Numbered from the stretch's first letter, positions 1 through 14,841 are shown. The stretch: DNA of 64,000 nucleotides from the human T2T-CHM13v2.0 reference genome, Homo sapiens (GCF_009914755.1 NC_060928.1), one strand, 5' to 3'. The notes: generated by a model from the letters alone, not told the origin. Numbers and translations are program-made.

Positions 1-264
1 CCCCAACCTCTAAGGATTTCCTCATCACCATGCAAGAACAAGAAGAGAAAATGATTGTCCATAGAAGCTTTGGGACTCTTCCTCTAATCAGGAGAAAGCT
101 GGTATGTATTATTCACTTCTTTCTTTTCTTTTTAAAAATCCAACTGCTTTAATTTTCATCTTTCATTATGGGAAAATATACCACGTATAAATATGAAAAA
201 TTATAAATATATATTAGTTCATATAGAATGGCCAGTGTAAACATTTACAGTTTCCACTCTTTTT

Positions 265-872
<608 letters not shown>

Positions 873-874
873 TT

Positions 875-1272
875 TGCTTTTGTTGTTGTTTTTTATTTGG
901 TTTTATTTTGTTTTGTTTTGCGTTTTCATGGAGTGTCACTCTGTTGCACAGGCTGGAGTGCAGTGGCACAATCTGGGCTCACCGCAACCTCCGCCTCCCG
1001 GGTTCGAGCGATTCTTGCGCCTCAGACTCCTTAGTAGCTGAGATTACAGGTGCGTGCCACCACACCAGCTAATTTTTGTATTTTTGGTAGAGATGGGGTT
1101 TGCCATGTTGGCCAAGCTGGTCTTGAACTCCTGACCTCAGGTGATCCACCCGCCTCAACTTCCCAAAGTGTTAAGATTACAGAATTGAGCCACTGTGCCC
1201 AGCCCAAGGACGTGTATATTTTCTATAGACTTTTGATGATAATACTTTGACAGCAAATATATTGTGACTATC

Positions 1273-1303
<31 letters not shown>

Positions 1304-1615
1304 TGTGTGAGAGAGCGAGAAAGAGAGAAAGAGAGAGAGTCTCCCTTTTTCACACAGACTGGAGTGCAGTGGCACAATCACAGCATGCTGCGGCCTTAAA
1401 TTTCTGGGCTCAAACAATCCTGTCACCTCAGCCTCCTGAGTAGCTGGGACTACAGGCATGTACTACCATGCCCGGCTAACTTTTTATTATATTTTCTTGT
1501 AGAGATGAGGTCTGACTTTTTTGCCCGGGCTGGTCTTAAACTCCTGGCTGAATGTGATCCTCCTGCCTTGGCCTCCCCAAGTGCTGGGATTACAGCTGTG
1601 AGCCATTGCATCTGG
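875..1615 (-). mobile_element. Two Alus (875-1206; AluJ-like 1346-1615) separated by (TA)n(GA)n
   Basis: Standard Alu arms with T-rich tails. Confidence 0.9.
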
Positions 1616-1814
1616 TGTGAAGCTGGGATTGCAGGTGTGGGACATGGCATGTGGTGTGAATATCTCCTGGTAACTACCTTGTACTTTCACTTTCATTAAG
1701 ATGTCTTTCGACCTCATGAAATTATCTGAAAAACAGAGATGAAACACTGTTCTGCTCCATCTTCCCTGCAGGCACTTGGGCCCCATCCTGCTCTCTTGCC
1801 CCCTCTTCTAGTGA

Positions 1815-1945
1815 ATGGCCAGATAGGAACTATTGCAGCTTTATGGGCCATGTGGTCTCTGTTGCAAATATAACAGCTCTGCTGTAGTAGTGCAAAAGCA
1901 ACCACAGACCATATGGAAACCATCTTTCCTGCATGGCCTCTGTAA
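1815..1945 (-). mobile_element. MER58-like fragment
   Basis: GGCCAGATAG..GCTTTATGGGCCATGTGGTCTCTGTTGCAA..CTCTGCTGTAGTAGTGCAAAAGCA. Confidence 0.7.
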
Positions 1946-2017
1946 TCTTTTAGAAATACCCGTTGGGTCACACCACTGTCTGACTTAAAACATATAGATG
2001 ACCTCTTCCGTCTCCTA

Positions 2018-2419
<402 letters not shown>

Positions 2420-2424
2420 TCAAG

Positions 2425-2885
2425 TCCTGACCACAGCCTAGGAAGCCGGCTATGACCTGGCCCTTTTCACCCTCCCCAAGTTCAACTCCCGAGACCTTCC
2501 GTTTCCTCTCTGCTCCCCGCTCTGGCCTCCCATTCCTCACTCTTGTTGCATCAGATGCCTGCGCACCCTGGTGTTTCTGCATGTGCTCTTCTGTTAGCCT
2601 GGAAAGTTCTTTCCTCCCTCTTCATCCAGCACTACTAGATACCTCCCCCTGCCTTGGCCTAGCCAGGTCCCCTGTCATTTAGTCTCAGAGTATCTTGAAT
2701 GTCTTCTTCACAGCCCAACTTACAATCCTCAGTCACTTGCTGAGTGGGTGCCATCCTTTCTCTCCACCTAGAATGCAAGCTCCCTCAGGGCAGGGGCTGG
2801 AACCGTCTTGTTCTTTGCCAAATCCCCAGTGCCATCTCTGGCACAGAGTGGGCATTATGAAAATATTTGCTGAGTGCATAAAAGG
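2425..2885 (+). mobile_element. L2 3' fragment
   Basis: CTAGAATGCAAGCTCC..GGGCAGGG..CCCAGTGCC..GGCACAGAGTGG..AAATATTTGCTGA. Confidence 0.65.
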
Positions 2886-4372
2886 AGGGAATCATGGATT
2901 TGAGCCCTCGGCTTGGCGCCCTGGAGATGTGGCTCCATAAAATCAGTTCCCATTTTTTCTCTCTCCTCTTCTCCTGGGAGCTGGGTGTCTGGGTTCTCCT
3001 GCCAGGAGAGCTTCTCTCTCATAAGACTCCAGGTGCCTCTTGGCCTAGGCCTGCCTCCTGCTAAGTGAGACTCTTTAGGGTTAGTCTGCATCGACTCTGC
3101 TGAGATGCAGCCGCCAGAGCTGGGTAACATGGGCCATGTTTGGCAGGTCCCTGGGAAGGAGGCTTCCGAGTCATCTGGATCAACTAGTTTGAAGTTACAA
3201 ACTCACCAGATGTTGGTCATCTGGAATCCTAGTGATGAGCTGGTCCAACCCCTCCTGTTGTAGTCAAGTCACTTGTGGAAAGCCACCACTTGGCTGGGAC
3301 CCCAAGCTCAGGCCAGGGCTCTCTCCATGGTCCCAGGCTTTACACTAAGGGAATGTCAAGTGTTCTCCAGAATCACTTGGACTACTTTATACTTTTGTGT
3401 CTCCTTTTCCTATTCTGTATTCTGGAAAAACAGAGTTTTCCTTGTGATTGAACAGAATCTTCACACTGTGTTATTGCCGGCATTGTTTTAAATTTAGCCT
3501 TGGTTCATCCCCAGCTGGAGTGAATGACTTTCATTTGATCAGCTGCCGTATGCCCTTGGGAACCTCCAAAGGGGGTCCTATGGCCTTTAAGGCTCCTTTC
3601 CACTCTTAGATCCTGACTTGGGGCAAACACACACTCCAGCTCGTCATGTCCAGATAAGACACCCAGAGGCCATGGCGAGGGTTCCCCCTGTCGGGGCCCT
3701 ATAGCGGTTGAGAGGATCAAGGCAGCAGTCAGGGCCTGATGGTTGTCCAGAGGAAAGCACAAAGCATACCGAGCGCTGGTCTGACAGCACTTAGGGGTGT
3801 GACAGAAACTTTCTGTCATGGAACCAGAGATTGGAGACCGTGGGAACACATCCGAATCCACATCTCCCTGACAAGGTGGTGCTGATCTCCAGTGGTCCTC
3901 CCTGGTCGGGGAATCACATAGCTCTGACTCTGGAGCGTGTTGTTGTGTTTCTCTTTCAGTATGAGCTTGTCTGTGGCCCTGGAGTTCCTCCCTTATGAAA
4001 CAATAATGCCTCCCAACACAGGACATCCCAGGCTGCAAGCTTGTCCCTTCTGCCCAGCTTCCTTACCCCTTACCACAAAAGGTGCCCCAAAAGCCCACAG
4101 CAGGGCCTGCCAGAGGCTGACGACATATCTTTCACTGTCCCAAGGGGGCAGGAGCAGCGATGGAAATATTAGGCCACAAAAGGCATGCCTGCAGGCACAT
4201 ATGAGGGAAACACCCAAAGCCAGATGTCAATGAAACAGTAATTTGGTGGAGTAGGAGAGGTCATATTCTCATGCAAGACTGTCTAAATACATAAGTCTCC
4301 TGGGGCACAATCTGCCAAGGGACAATGGTTCATGCCGCGCCACCTATTACACTGCCTTGCTAAGAACTTCCA

Positions 4373-5245
4373 ACACACACTTACACACAAAGATACACAC
4401 GCACATATGCATGCACACACATGCATGCATACACACATGCACCCACACACACATGCAAGCACACATAGAGATACACACACACACACAAACACACATACAG
4501 ATACACATACATACAGGCACACACATGCACACACACAGGTACACACACATGCACACAAACACACGAAGGCACACACATGCACATGCATACAGACACATGC
4601 ACACACAGGCACACAAATACATACACACATGCACACACAGATACACATATGCACAGAGATACACATGCATGCACACACATGCAAACACACATGCACATGC
4701 AGACACATACGCACAATATGCACGCACATACATGCACACACACATGCACACATGCACACACAGATATACACATTCATGCACATACAGGCACACACATGCA
4801 AACGTGCACACGCAGATACGCATGTACACACAAACACACATGCACACACATACACATGCACACACAAAAACACACGTGCACACACATGCACACACATACA
4901 CATAAAGATATACACATAAAGACGCACACATGCACACACAGACACATGCACACAGAGACAAACATGCACACACAGACGCACACACATGCACACATCCACT
5001 CGCACACACATGCTCACACATATGCACGCATGTGCACATGCACACACGCATGGACATGCTTACAGACGCACATGCACAATTGCACACATACACAGACGTG
5101 CACACACATACACATGCACACGCACACACATATGCGCATGCACACACGTGCACACACATGCACACACATATGCACAAGCACACACGTGCACACATGCACA
5201 CGTGCACACGTGCACACATGCACACATGCACACTTACACACACAC
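4373..5245. repeat. Degenerate (CA)n / (CACATG)n tract, ~870 bp
   Basis: Direct inspection; source of the His-Thr and Cys-Val ORFs. Confidence 0.97.
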
Positions 5246-6289
5246 CACTCCTTTTCCATTTATCTAATTTCCAATTTCTTTCTATGAGCTTCCTCAGACT
5301 CACGTTCTTGATTCTAGAATGAATTCAGGGAGTAAGTCTGTATTATTGAAATGACAGTAAATTCAAACATGCCTAAGAAGCTTTTTCAATATTGGGGAAG
5401 CCATCTCACAGATCATTCAAATGACCCCAGGAGACATTTCACCAGGAACACTTGTTCATCTCCCTCTCCCTTCTGCCAGCCTTTGTGCTTTAATATCTGG
5501 GGACAAACCTCTCGATTTTGGTTTCTCATCTCTTTGTCCCCATGTACACTGGACCGCACTACTGTGTCAAAGCTACTTGCAGCCTGACCTGGGAAATGCA
5601 CTTTTGAATTCACTCGATTTGCCACCTATTTGGGTGGTTTGGGCTGGAAACTGCCTGCTCACACTCTTGGCTCCCAGCTGCTCCTACTTTGGGGGTGCCT
5701 AGAGACCCCAGCTCATCCCGTGGGTCATATCCCCACAGTGGGGCCGGGGATGCGACTGAGAGTTGTCTGGGCACCTCTCTCCAGCAGCATGGAGGATGGC
5801 GCTCAGCACTGTGTGACGTTGGCTGTTGACCACTGCCTGTTCAGGTCGGAATGGCCCAGCCTGATGTCCACAAGCACCTCTGCGGCACACTGGCCTGCAG
5901 ACCCCCGAGCACGCACTGCATGCTTCTCACCTGTAGAGTGGCCACCCACACAGCGATGCAGACACACCAAGAAAACCCACAGGCAAGCTCAGAGTCGCCT
6001 GTTCTACTAGGGCTTTGTGAGCCTCTGTGATTTGAGTCACGAGCTTCTTGTGGTGATTTCATTTAGGTAACATCCAACACAGTGTATTTAGAGACTCTTT
6101 CTCTTGGACATTATATGGAGGCGTGGCCAAGGCTTGCTGAGAGAAATGTCCCAACACACCCCTCAATAAAACCAAATAACAGCTCATCAACTCCTTACAT
6201 TAAAAAAAAAACTGACATCTTATAAATAGCAAATATTGGATGACAATAAGGCACAGGAAAAAGCTCATAAGCCCAGATCAGCAGTCATC

Positions 6290-6440
6290 ATTCAATTGTT
6301 CCTTAGCTACTGACTGTGCACCTGTTCTGTACCAGCACCGCATCCTAGATGCAGGGACACCACACGAAATAAGATGACAAAGCACCTGCCCCTGTGGAGC
6401 TGAGCCACTAGCAGAGGAGACAGTCACTAAACGAATCTCT
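6290..6440 (-). mobile_element. L2 fragment
   Basis: GCACCTGTTCTGTACCAGCAC..CTAGATGCAGGGAC..CCTGCCCCTGTGGAGCT. Confidence 0.6.
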
Positions 6441-6704
6441 CTATCCTGTGATTTCTGGGAATGACAATCACAAAAAAGGATAGAAAGGGATGGAGGAAAG
6501 CTAATTTAGACAACTCAGGAACAGAATGGGGAGGTGGTTGCATCCCTCAAAATTCAGAGTAGCTGGAGTGCAAGCCTTGTATTAGCTGAGCCTGAATCCT
6601 GGCCCTGCCGTTGTCCACGGTGTCCTCAGGCAAATGGCTCAACTCCTCTGACCACCAGCTTCAAGTGCAGAACAGGGGACCAGAGTCCCATCTCTCAGGG
6701 TTGT

Positions 6705-7035
6705 TGCTGTGGACTGAATTGTGTTCCCCCCAATTCACTCATTAGGAGCTAATTAACATTCAAGGAGGTCATAAGGGTGGAATCCTAATCTGATAGGATT
6801 GGTGGTTTTATAAAAAGAAGAGATGTCTCTGTCTCTGTCTCTCCCCCTCTCTGCCATGTGAGGACAAGCAAGAAGGCTGCTGTCTGCCAGCCAGGAAGAC
6901 AGCCCTTACCAGAAAGGGATGGTGGATACTTTGATCATGAACTTCTGGCCTCCAGAACAGTGAGAAAATCAATGTCTGTTATTTAGGCCATCCGGTCTCG
7001 GGTACTTTGTTATGGCAGCTGGGCTGGCTGAGGCA
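6705..7035 (+). mobile_element. MLT1A/B-like LTR inserted in a MIR
   Basis: TGCTGTGGACTGAATTGTG ... GAGGCA; TSD GTTGT; MIR-like flanks ~6570-7105. Confidence 0.82.
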
Positions 7036-7422
7036 GTTGTTGAGAGGAACCGACAAGGTAGTTGGGGTAAAGCACACAGCACGGCCACAGCTCACTGAGC
7101 ACAATGTCAGACTCATTCCCCTTCAATTGTTATTCTCTGTCTGGAGGATTTTCATGTTGGCTTTTCTCCAATAAGCTCCCTGGGGTCTTTGTAAATATGG
7201 GGATATTTCTGACAAGAAAAATCCTTACGGTTCTTAACATTGACAATGATCAGGAACAGCAAGACATGAAAATGAGAAGGTGGCTAGAAAAGAGAGGACC
7301 CACAGAAGAAACCAACAACCACACAACACACACACACAGGAGGAATCCTAATGCAGGAGGAGAACAGAACATCAGGGGACCCCAAGACTGAACTCTGCAT
7401 CTCATGTATTGAGATCATTCCC

Positions 7423-7785
7423 TGATATGGTTTGGCTGTGTCCCCACCCAAATCTCATCTTGAATTGTAGCTCCCCTAATCCGCATGTGTCATGGGAGGG
7501 ACTTGGTGGGAGGTAATTGAATCATTGGGTGGGTCTTTACCATGCTGTTCTCATGATAGTGAATAAGTCTCACGAGATCTGATGGTTTTATAAAGAGGAG
7601 TTCCCCTGCACAAGCTCTCTTGCCTGCTCCCAAGTAAGACATGACTTTGCTCCTCATTCACCTTCCACCGAGATTGTGAGGCCTCCTTAACCATGGGGAA
7701 CTGTGAGTGCATTCAACCTCTTTCCTTTATAAGTTATCCAGCCTCAGGTATGTCTTTATTAGTAGCATGAGAACAGACAAATACA
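7423..7785 (+). mobile_element. THE1 (THE1B-like) solo LTR
   Basis: TGATATGGTTTGGCTGTGTCCCCACCCAAATCTCATC ... AATACA; TSD TTCCC. Confidence 0.93.
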
Positions 7786-9012
7786 TTCCCTAAGCCTCTA
7801 TTTTCCTCTGAGACAGGCTTAACCCGAATAGGCCTATCTTCACAGGCCTTGAATAGTAATACTGTTATGTGTTATATTAACATGTATTTTACTGAAAGTC
7901 TCTGGTTTTTATTTCTCTGAACATAGGCAGGCATTGCTGAAACTTGCAGATGACATTCCAAGATGCATTCTATCTTAAGCAGAGAGGGTGGTGAGGAAAA
8001 ATTGTAGATACCTTCCCCTCAATGGAGAGGTCCCCATGGTGTGGCCGACCTTGGTATAAGCCTTTTTGCTCCGTTAATTCATGAGGGCTGAGTCTGATTC
8101 ATACTCACGGGGAAGACTAACAAGGGAAGCCTTGGCAACCATTAGGAATAACACTCATGACCCAGAAAGTGGTTCTGTCTTTATGGGGCATCATCTGTCT
8201 TGTTTACTAAGTGACCTTCTGGCTCATTTTTCTTCCAGCCAGGGTTGGAATTCAATAATTCTAGTTCCTTCCCAAATTTTAGAGCAGAGAAATACATTCC
8301 TCCGGTTTCTACTTTTCAAAAGTGAATGACATCTGTGGAGCTCAACTCCTAAATAGTGTGACTTTGTCTGTTTATGTGGTTCTCTTGCTGACTGCCTGGT
8401 TGTGACAGTGCCTGAACTCAGGCCTCTGTGTTTCTGAATCTTAGAAGCGGTGGTTGGCATGTCAAACTTGAAGTCATTGTCCTTTAGTTATCTGAGTGTT
8501 ATAATTGAACAGCACATTTATTAACAAGACTTTAGTAAATCCATCAGCTTTCTAGGAAGCTTTGATTCATTGACCTATCTCTAATGTAAGCAAAGGCTGC
8601 CAGAGAGTCACTAACAAGGATTCCATCTTTCCTCAGAACCTTCGATTCGCTTGGGTCGAAGTTCATACCTGTTTCATGAAAAATGCAAAACCAATTAATC
8701 ACAGCTGTTCATAGTATGCCTATTCTAAGAGACCTCTGCTGTTCCTACCCCAGGGACAGCCAGAATAATTAAAAGTCACAGAAATCAAACAAATGGGCCT
8801 CTGGATAAATTATAGAAGTTTAACCCAGGAAGAGCACTTATTAAATAATAAGCAGTCCCCGAAAATATTAAAGTACAAAAAGGATTAGAAATTGTTTTAA
8901 GTGTTGGTTCCAACTTCAGGTGCTGGTCTTCCACTCCACTGCGGAAGGGAACAAATGGATTTTCCCATCCTAAAGACAGTGATATTCATCACGCCCCTTG
9001 GAGGCTTAATAA

Positions 9013-9342
<330 letters not shown>

Positions 9343-9680
9343 AATAATATCTCACGTTAAGCATGGAGTTGCTGTCCGCTGTGTGGCCAGAGATAAAACA
9401 AGCCTCCATTACAGAGGGAGGTGTTATGGGGCTACTTTTTTTTGGAAACTACAGCAAAACGTGAGGCAAATCCACTTTTAGATCCTGGTTACAGTGCTGG
9501 ATGGAGCTTAGCTAGCCTGTGATAGGGTAGCCTGGTGGTGCCTTGGGGGACTCCTAGCCATGTCAGACAGGACAGATGCCTTTGAGGAAAGATGGCACAG
9601 TGCTGGCTCTCATGCCCCCACTGAAGGGGGACCAGGCTGTTTATGGATCGGGTGGGAACCCTGTTAGAAAAATAAGTGGA

Positions 9681-9850
9681 GGCTGGGTGTGGTGGCCTAC
9701 GCCTGTAATCCCAGCACCTTTGGAGGATGAAGTGGGTGGATTGCTTGAGCCTGGAAGTTCGAGACCAGCCAGGGCAACGTGGCAAAACCCTGTCTTTAGA
9801 AAAATAATAATCATAGTTAATTAATTAGTTGATTTTTTTAAAAAAAGAAA
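9681..9850 (+). mobile_element. FLAM / Alu left monomer
   Basis: Single Alu arm with A-rich tail. Confidence 0.8.
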
Positions 9851-10221
9851 GAGAAGTGGAGCTAAGGAACACAGAATATGCCAGAAAGCCAAGGTGACCA
9901 GCTAGAAGGACACAGAAGAACATTACCATAGTTCTCTCCGAGCTTTTGGACTAGGGGTGTTTCATGTGGTTTTCAAATCAAACATACTTTACTTTTATAC
10001 TTAGGGGGGAAAGACCTAATACCTACAATAAAGGTAACACGAGACAAAACTCTCACCAAAGTCTAACATCTTAGATGCTCTACTGGGTCTCTGCGATTTC
10101 TATTAGGGACCCCATGGGTTTGAATTCCATTCTAGATTTGATAAGAAAATCCAAATGCTCAACCCCCTCAACCCCCCCACCCCCCACCCCATTTACAAAA
10201 GCCAAGTGAAGACTAAGGAGG

Positions 10222-10510
10222 GGCCGGGTGCAGTGGTTCACACCTGTAATCCCAGCACTTTGGGAGGCTGAGGCGAGGAGAACACCTAAAGTCAGGAGTT
10301 CGAGACCAGCATGACTAACATGGTAAAATCCCATCTCTACTAAAAACACAAAAATTAGCAAGGTGTGGTGGTGGACACCTATAATCCCAGCTACTTAGGA
10401 GGCTGAGGCAGGAGAATCACTTGAACCCGGAGGCAGAGTTTGCAGTGAGTGGAGATTGTGCCACTGCACTCCAGCCTGGGTGAGAAAAAGCAAAACTCCA
10501 AAGAAAAAGA
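10222..10510 (+). mobile_element. Alu
   Basis: Full dimer whose tail runs into the GA tract. Confidence 0.92.
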
Positions 10511-10521
10511 AGAAAGAAAGG

Positions 10522-10553
<32 letters not shown>

Positions 10554-10812
10554 GAAGGAGAGAGGGACGGAGGGAGGGAAATAAAGAGAGAGAAGGAGAA
10601 AAAGAAAAAAAGAAAGAAAGAGAAAGAGAGAGGGAGAGAGGGAGGGAAAGAAAGAGAGACAGAAAAAGAAAGAGAGACAGAGGGAGAGAAAGAAAGAAAG
10701 AAGAGGAGGAAGGAGAAGAAGGAAGGAAGGAAGAAAACGGAGAGAGAGAGAAAGGGAGGGAGGGGGGAGAAAGGGAGGGAGGGAGGGGGGGAGGAAGGGA
10801 GGGAGGGAGGAA
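10500..10812. repeat. Polypurine (GAAA/GA/GGGA)n tract
   Basis: About 310 bp, almost purely A/G. Confidence 0.95.
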
Positions 10813-11554
10813 ACTAAGGAGGAAGGTGGCGTGTACAGAGGTACAGAGGTCCTCAGGTGCTACCCGGCACTGGTGCCTACGCAGTTTCCAATGGGCTCAG
10901 CTTTGCAAAAAGCTCATTGTGTAACCCAGGAAGCCCAAATTTATTTCTGAGCAGATGTCTTTTCAAAGTGATTTTCCTTTTAGGAAGTGAGAGGAGAATG
11001 AAGGGGAGGGTTATCCTAATTCTGATGTCAAAAAAGTCAAAACAAAATAAATTGGTCTTCATTGCAACTATTGGCTAAAGCACTATCATCACCAGGACCG
11101 GCACCTCAAACACAACTCCTGACAGCCCCTTCCATTCTAATCAAGGTGTGCCCAACTGTGGTCACCCAGGGGCTGTTTACCTTTACTTAAAGAGAAATGC
11201 TGGTACTAAGCCATAAAAATTACCATATTCACCATCTTTCTGCTTCAAAGAAGGTTTTAGATTACCAATGGCTGGATCAATCACTGTGAGTAAGTTCTTG
11301 GGAACTAAAAGCCAAAAAGAAATATTTTAAATACGTGGTATATTTTTAAAATGTGGACTCAATATATTTTTAAATGCAACGTAGATAAGATTTTAAAATC
11401 ACTTTCCAAATCGGTGCAAGAGTCACTCCCTCTCCCTGTTAGATACACACACTTACACACAACCCAATGGTATCCACGTGATCATCAAATGCCCCAGAGA
11501 GGTGGTTTTAGGCCAATTTTGCAATATTTAAAAAATGGAGAATAAAAACAAGAT

Positions 11555-12225
11555 ATGATATATCCATCCAGCAGAATACACCTCAGTAATAAAAAGGAAT
11601 GAAGACTCGGCATGGTGGCTTACACCTGTAATCCCAGCACTTTTGGAGTTCGAGGTGGACAGATTACTTGAGGTCAGGAGTTCGAGACCAGCCTGGCCAA
11701 CATATTTGAAACCCCGTCTGTACTAAAAATACAAAGTTAGCTGGGCGTGGTGGCACACGGCTGTAATCCCAGCTACTTGGGTGGCTGAGGCAGGGAGAAT
11801 TGCTTGAACCTGGGAGGCAGACGTTGCAGTGAGCGAAGATCGCACCACTGCATCCCAGCCTGGGTGACAGCGTGAGACTTCAACTCCAAAAAAAAAAAAA
11901 AAAGTGAAGTACTGATATGATACATGCTACAACATGGATGAACCTCTGAAACATTACATTCAGTTAAAGAAGTCAGCCGTGCACACACACACAAAACATC
12001 CATTGCATAATTCCATTTGTATGAAATATTCAGAAAAGGCAAATCTAGAGAGAAAGTAGATGCGTGGTTACCTGGGACCGGGGTGTTGGGAATGGGGCAG
12101 TGATGGCAAATGGGCATAAGGGAGCTTCGGGGGATTGTAAAAATGTTTTAAAACTGGAGGGTAGTGATGGTTGCACAACTCTAAATTTACTAAAAAGCAT
12201 TGAATTTTATTCACGTGTAATAGAA
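11555..12225 (+). mobile_element. L1MB-like 3' end split by an Alu (11607-11903, +)
   Basis: ATAAAAAGGAATGAAG..ATGCTACAACATGGATGAACCT..GATGGTTGCACAACTCT. Confidence 0.8.
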
Positions 12226-12269
12226 TTTTAAGAAAAATAAACAACACCTGAATAGAGTGGTTAACTCTG

Positions 12270-12707
12270 GGCCGGGCATGGTGACTCACGTCTGTAATCC
12301 TAGCACTTTGGGAGGCTGAGGCAGGTGGATCACTTGAGTCAGGAGTTCAAGACCAGCCTGGCCAACATGGTGAAACCCTGTCTCTACTAAAAAATACAAA
12401 AATTAGCCGGACGTGCTCACTTGAACCCAGGAAGTGGAGGTTGCAGCGAGCTGAGAGTGTGCCACTGCACTCCAGCCTGGGTGACAGAGCAAGACTCCAT
12501 CTCAAAAATATACATATATATATGTGTATATATATATGTGTGTGTATATATATGTGTATATATATATATATACACACACACACATATATACACACACATA
12601 TATATACACACATATATATACATATATATACACACACACAGTGGTTATATATAAATATATATATATACCAGTGTGTGTGTATATATATATATCACAGTGT
12701 GTGTGTG

Positions 12708-12772
<65 letters not shown>
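12270..12772 (+). mobile_element. Internally deleted Alu with tail turned into compound TA/TG/CA microsatellite
   Basis: TSD AGTGGTTAACTCTG at 12256-12269 and 12773-12786. Confidence 0.9.
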
Positions 12773-12775
<3 letters not shown>

Positions 12776-14486
12776 GGTTAACTCTGAAGATGAGCTTCCC
12801 TGGACTTAGTAAAGCAAAATGACTGTGACCAACTCAAAATCCACCATTAAACTCTTCCAGCACCTGCTCTTCTGCTTTCTACCCCAAGCTCTTTGCCTCT
12901 GTGTTTCCATCGTAAATCTGGAAAGAATTCGAAGACTCTGTGTTAAAGTGATTTGCTAAATATTATCAGAAAGAACTACAGAAAGATGCAGAGAGGATGG
13001 CAGCGGGACCGAATCCTTTGAACGTGGTTTAAGACTCTGCTGAGACTGACGCTAAGAATAAGCCCTGAGATGTCAGAACCCCCAGGCAAAGCAGCTGGCA
13101 GATGACAACACCCGCTGAAACAGAGGGCAGAGCAAGAATTCCGCAGGCCAAGCACTGCCGCAGGCTGGGAGAAGGGAGTGGAAACCGAATATTCCTCCTG
13201 CATAAAATTGCTTATTTTTGTTTGTTCCTCAGCGCAGCTGAGATCTTGGAGATGTAGCAACAGGAAATGGAAAGAAAGCAAAAACAAACTGCAAATTCAA
13301 TTGCACTGCTTTTTTAAAAAAGAACAAGTGAGACATCTTCAGCAGCAAGAAAACCTTGTTTCCTTTCTTGGAGGGCTTAACTAAATTCTTCTGGGGATGT
13401 CCCAGGATCAACAACCACAGGACATTCCTAGATTGTGAGTTTTCCATGTACAGGAGGCCCTGGTGCCTTCGTGCCCATCAGCAGCAAGGGAGACTTCCCA
13501 GGGAGGCCCGGTGAAGTTGCTGGAGGTGGCTGATGATTTCTAGGGCCTCGAGGAATGTCCCTTGACTGTCCTCAGGGCACACCACTGATCCTGGGACCAT
13601 GGCAGCTTCGGAGAGCTGAGTGGAGCTGCTGCAAAATGCTTTCTGCTTTAATTACCTCTCATTCATTTCTGGGCCCTGAGAAGGATGCAGTAGCCCGGGA
13701 AGTGTCAGCTCTCCCTGCCAGGGGTGGGACTTCTTTCTCATGTCTGCCTCTTGGCTGTTCTCAAACTGTGGCTTCAGGAGGGCCTTGGCTCTTGGCAAAT
13801 GCCAGAGGCTTTACAGTTTGAGAAAGAATCAGAATTTTGAAGAGGAGCTCAGAGAGGAAGGTCATTCTAGGATGCACTTTGCAGAATAACCAGGCAGTGA
13901 AAAGGTGAAATTGGCTGTGTATGACACAGGCCACTGCAGGGAATGTGCCCCTCTACTATGGGAAATTGGTTCTGAAATCCAGAGAATCTCTTAGGACCTT
14001 TAAAATCACCGTTGTCAACACACTTGTCAGATTTTTGCATCTGCTCGTTTCAAACGGGTTCAGAATGAGGTCGGGGACAGGGGTGTGATTCATCACCGTC
14101 CTGCTCCACTTCAGATATGTTGGTGAGAACACTGGGGACCACTCTTCATGGCGCTCCTACTGTGTGCAACACCCTGTTCTCAGCAGTTTAAACCAGGGCC
14201 ATCTTCCTCCTCATCAACACCTTTCCTCTCCCACTCAGCAATCTCAGCGTCTCAGCCCCTAGAGTGCAGCTAGTGTGCATACCCTAGTGTTCACCCTACA
14301 GGATGGTTCTCTTTGGAAGACTTAAACCACCACCCCCAAGCTAAATTAGGCCCCCTCCACTGCTATAGTCTTCTTCCCTTTTCTAAAATAGCATTTGTCA
14401 CAATAGGGCATGATGATGTGTCTGCCTATTTGGTTAATGCTTGCCTTTCTCCCTCAACTGTTCACCCCATGAAAACAGGACCGTGT

Positions 14487-14786
14487 CTTTTTTTTTTCTT
14501 TTTCGAGACAGAGTTTCACTCTTCTCGCCCAAGGTGGAGTGCATTGGTGAGATCTCAGCTGACTGCCAACTCTGCCTACCAGGTTCAAGTGATTCTTCTT
14601 GTCACAGCCTCCCAAGTAGCTGGGATTACAGGCATGCGATACCATACCCAGATAATTTTGTATTATAAGTAGAGACGGGATTTCACCATGTTGGCCAGGC
14701 TGGTCTTGAACTCCTGACCTCGTGATCCACCCGCCTCAGCTTCCCAAAGTCCTAGGATTATAGGCATGAGCCACTGTGCCCGGCCA
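14487..14786 (-). mobile_element. Alu
   Basis: Full dimer. Confidence 0.92.
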
Positions 14787-14838
14787 GTTCTTGTTGTTTT
14801 ACTTATTTATTTTTGGCAGATTACTGTTTACAAGCATT

Positions 14839-14841
<3 letters not shown>

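Noticed and set aside
1-107. Possible exon ending at CTG|GTATGT
   Set aside because: Cut by the window edge, no recognisable product, and a lone donor motif is weak evidence.
4283-5322. Long ORFs of 130-318 aa in several frames
   Set aside because: Translation of a stop-poor CA/TG repeat.
10449-10817. 122-aa Lys/Glu/Arg-rich ORF
   Set aside because: Alu end plus GA microsatellite.
12347-12809. Tyr/Ile/Cys/Val ORFs (also 61269-61607)
   Set aside because: TA/CA microsatellite artefacts.
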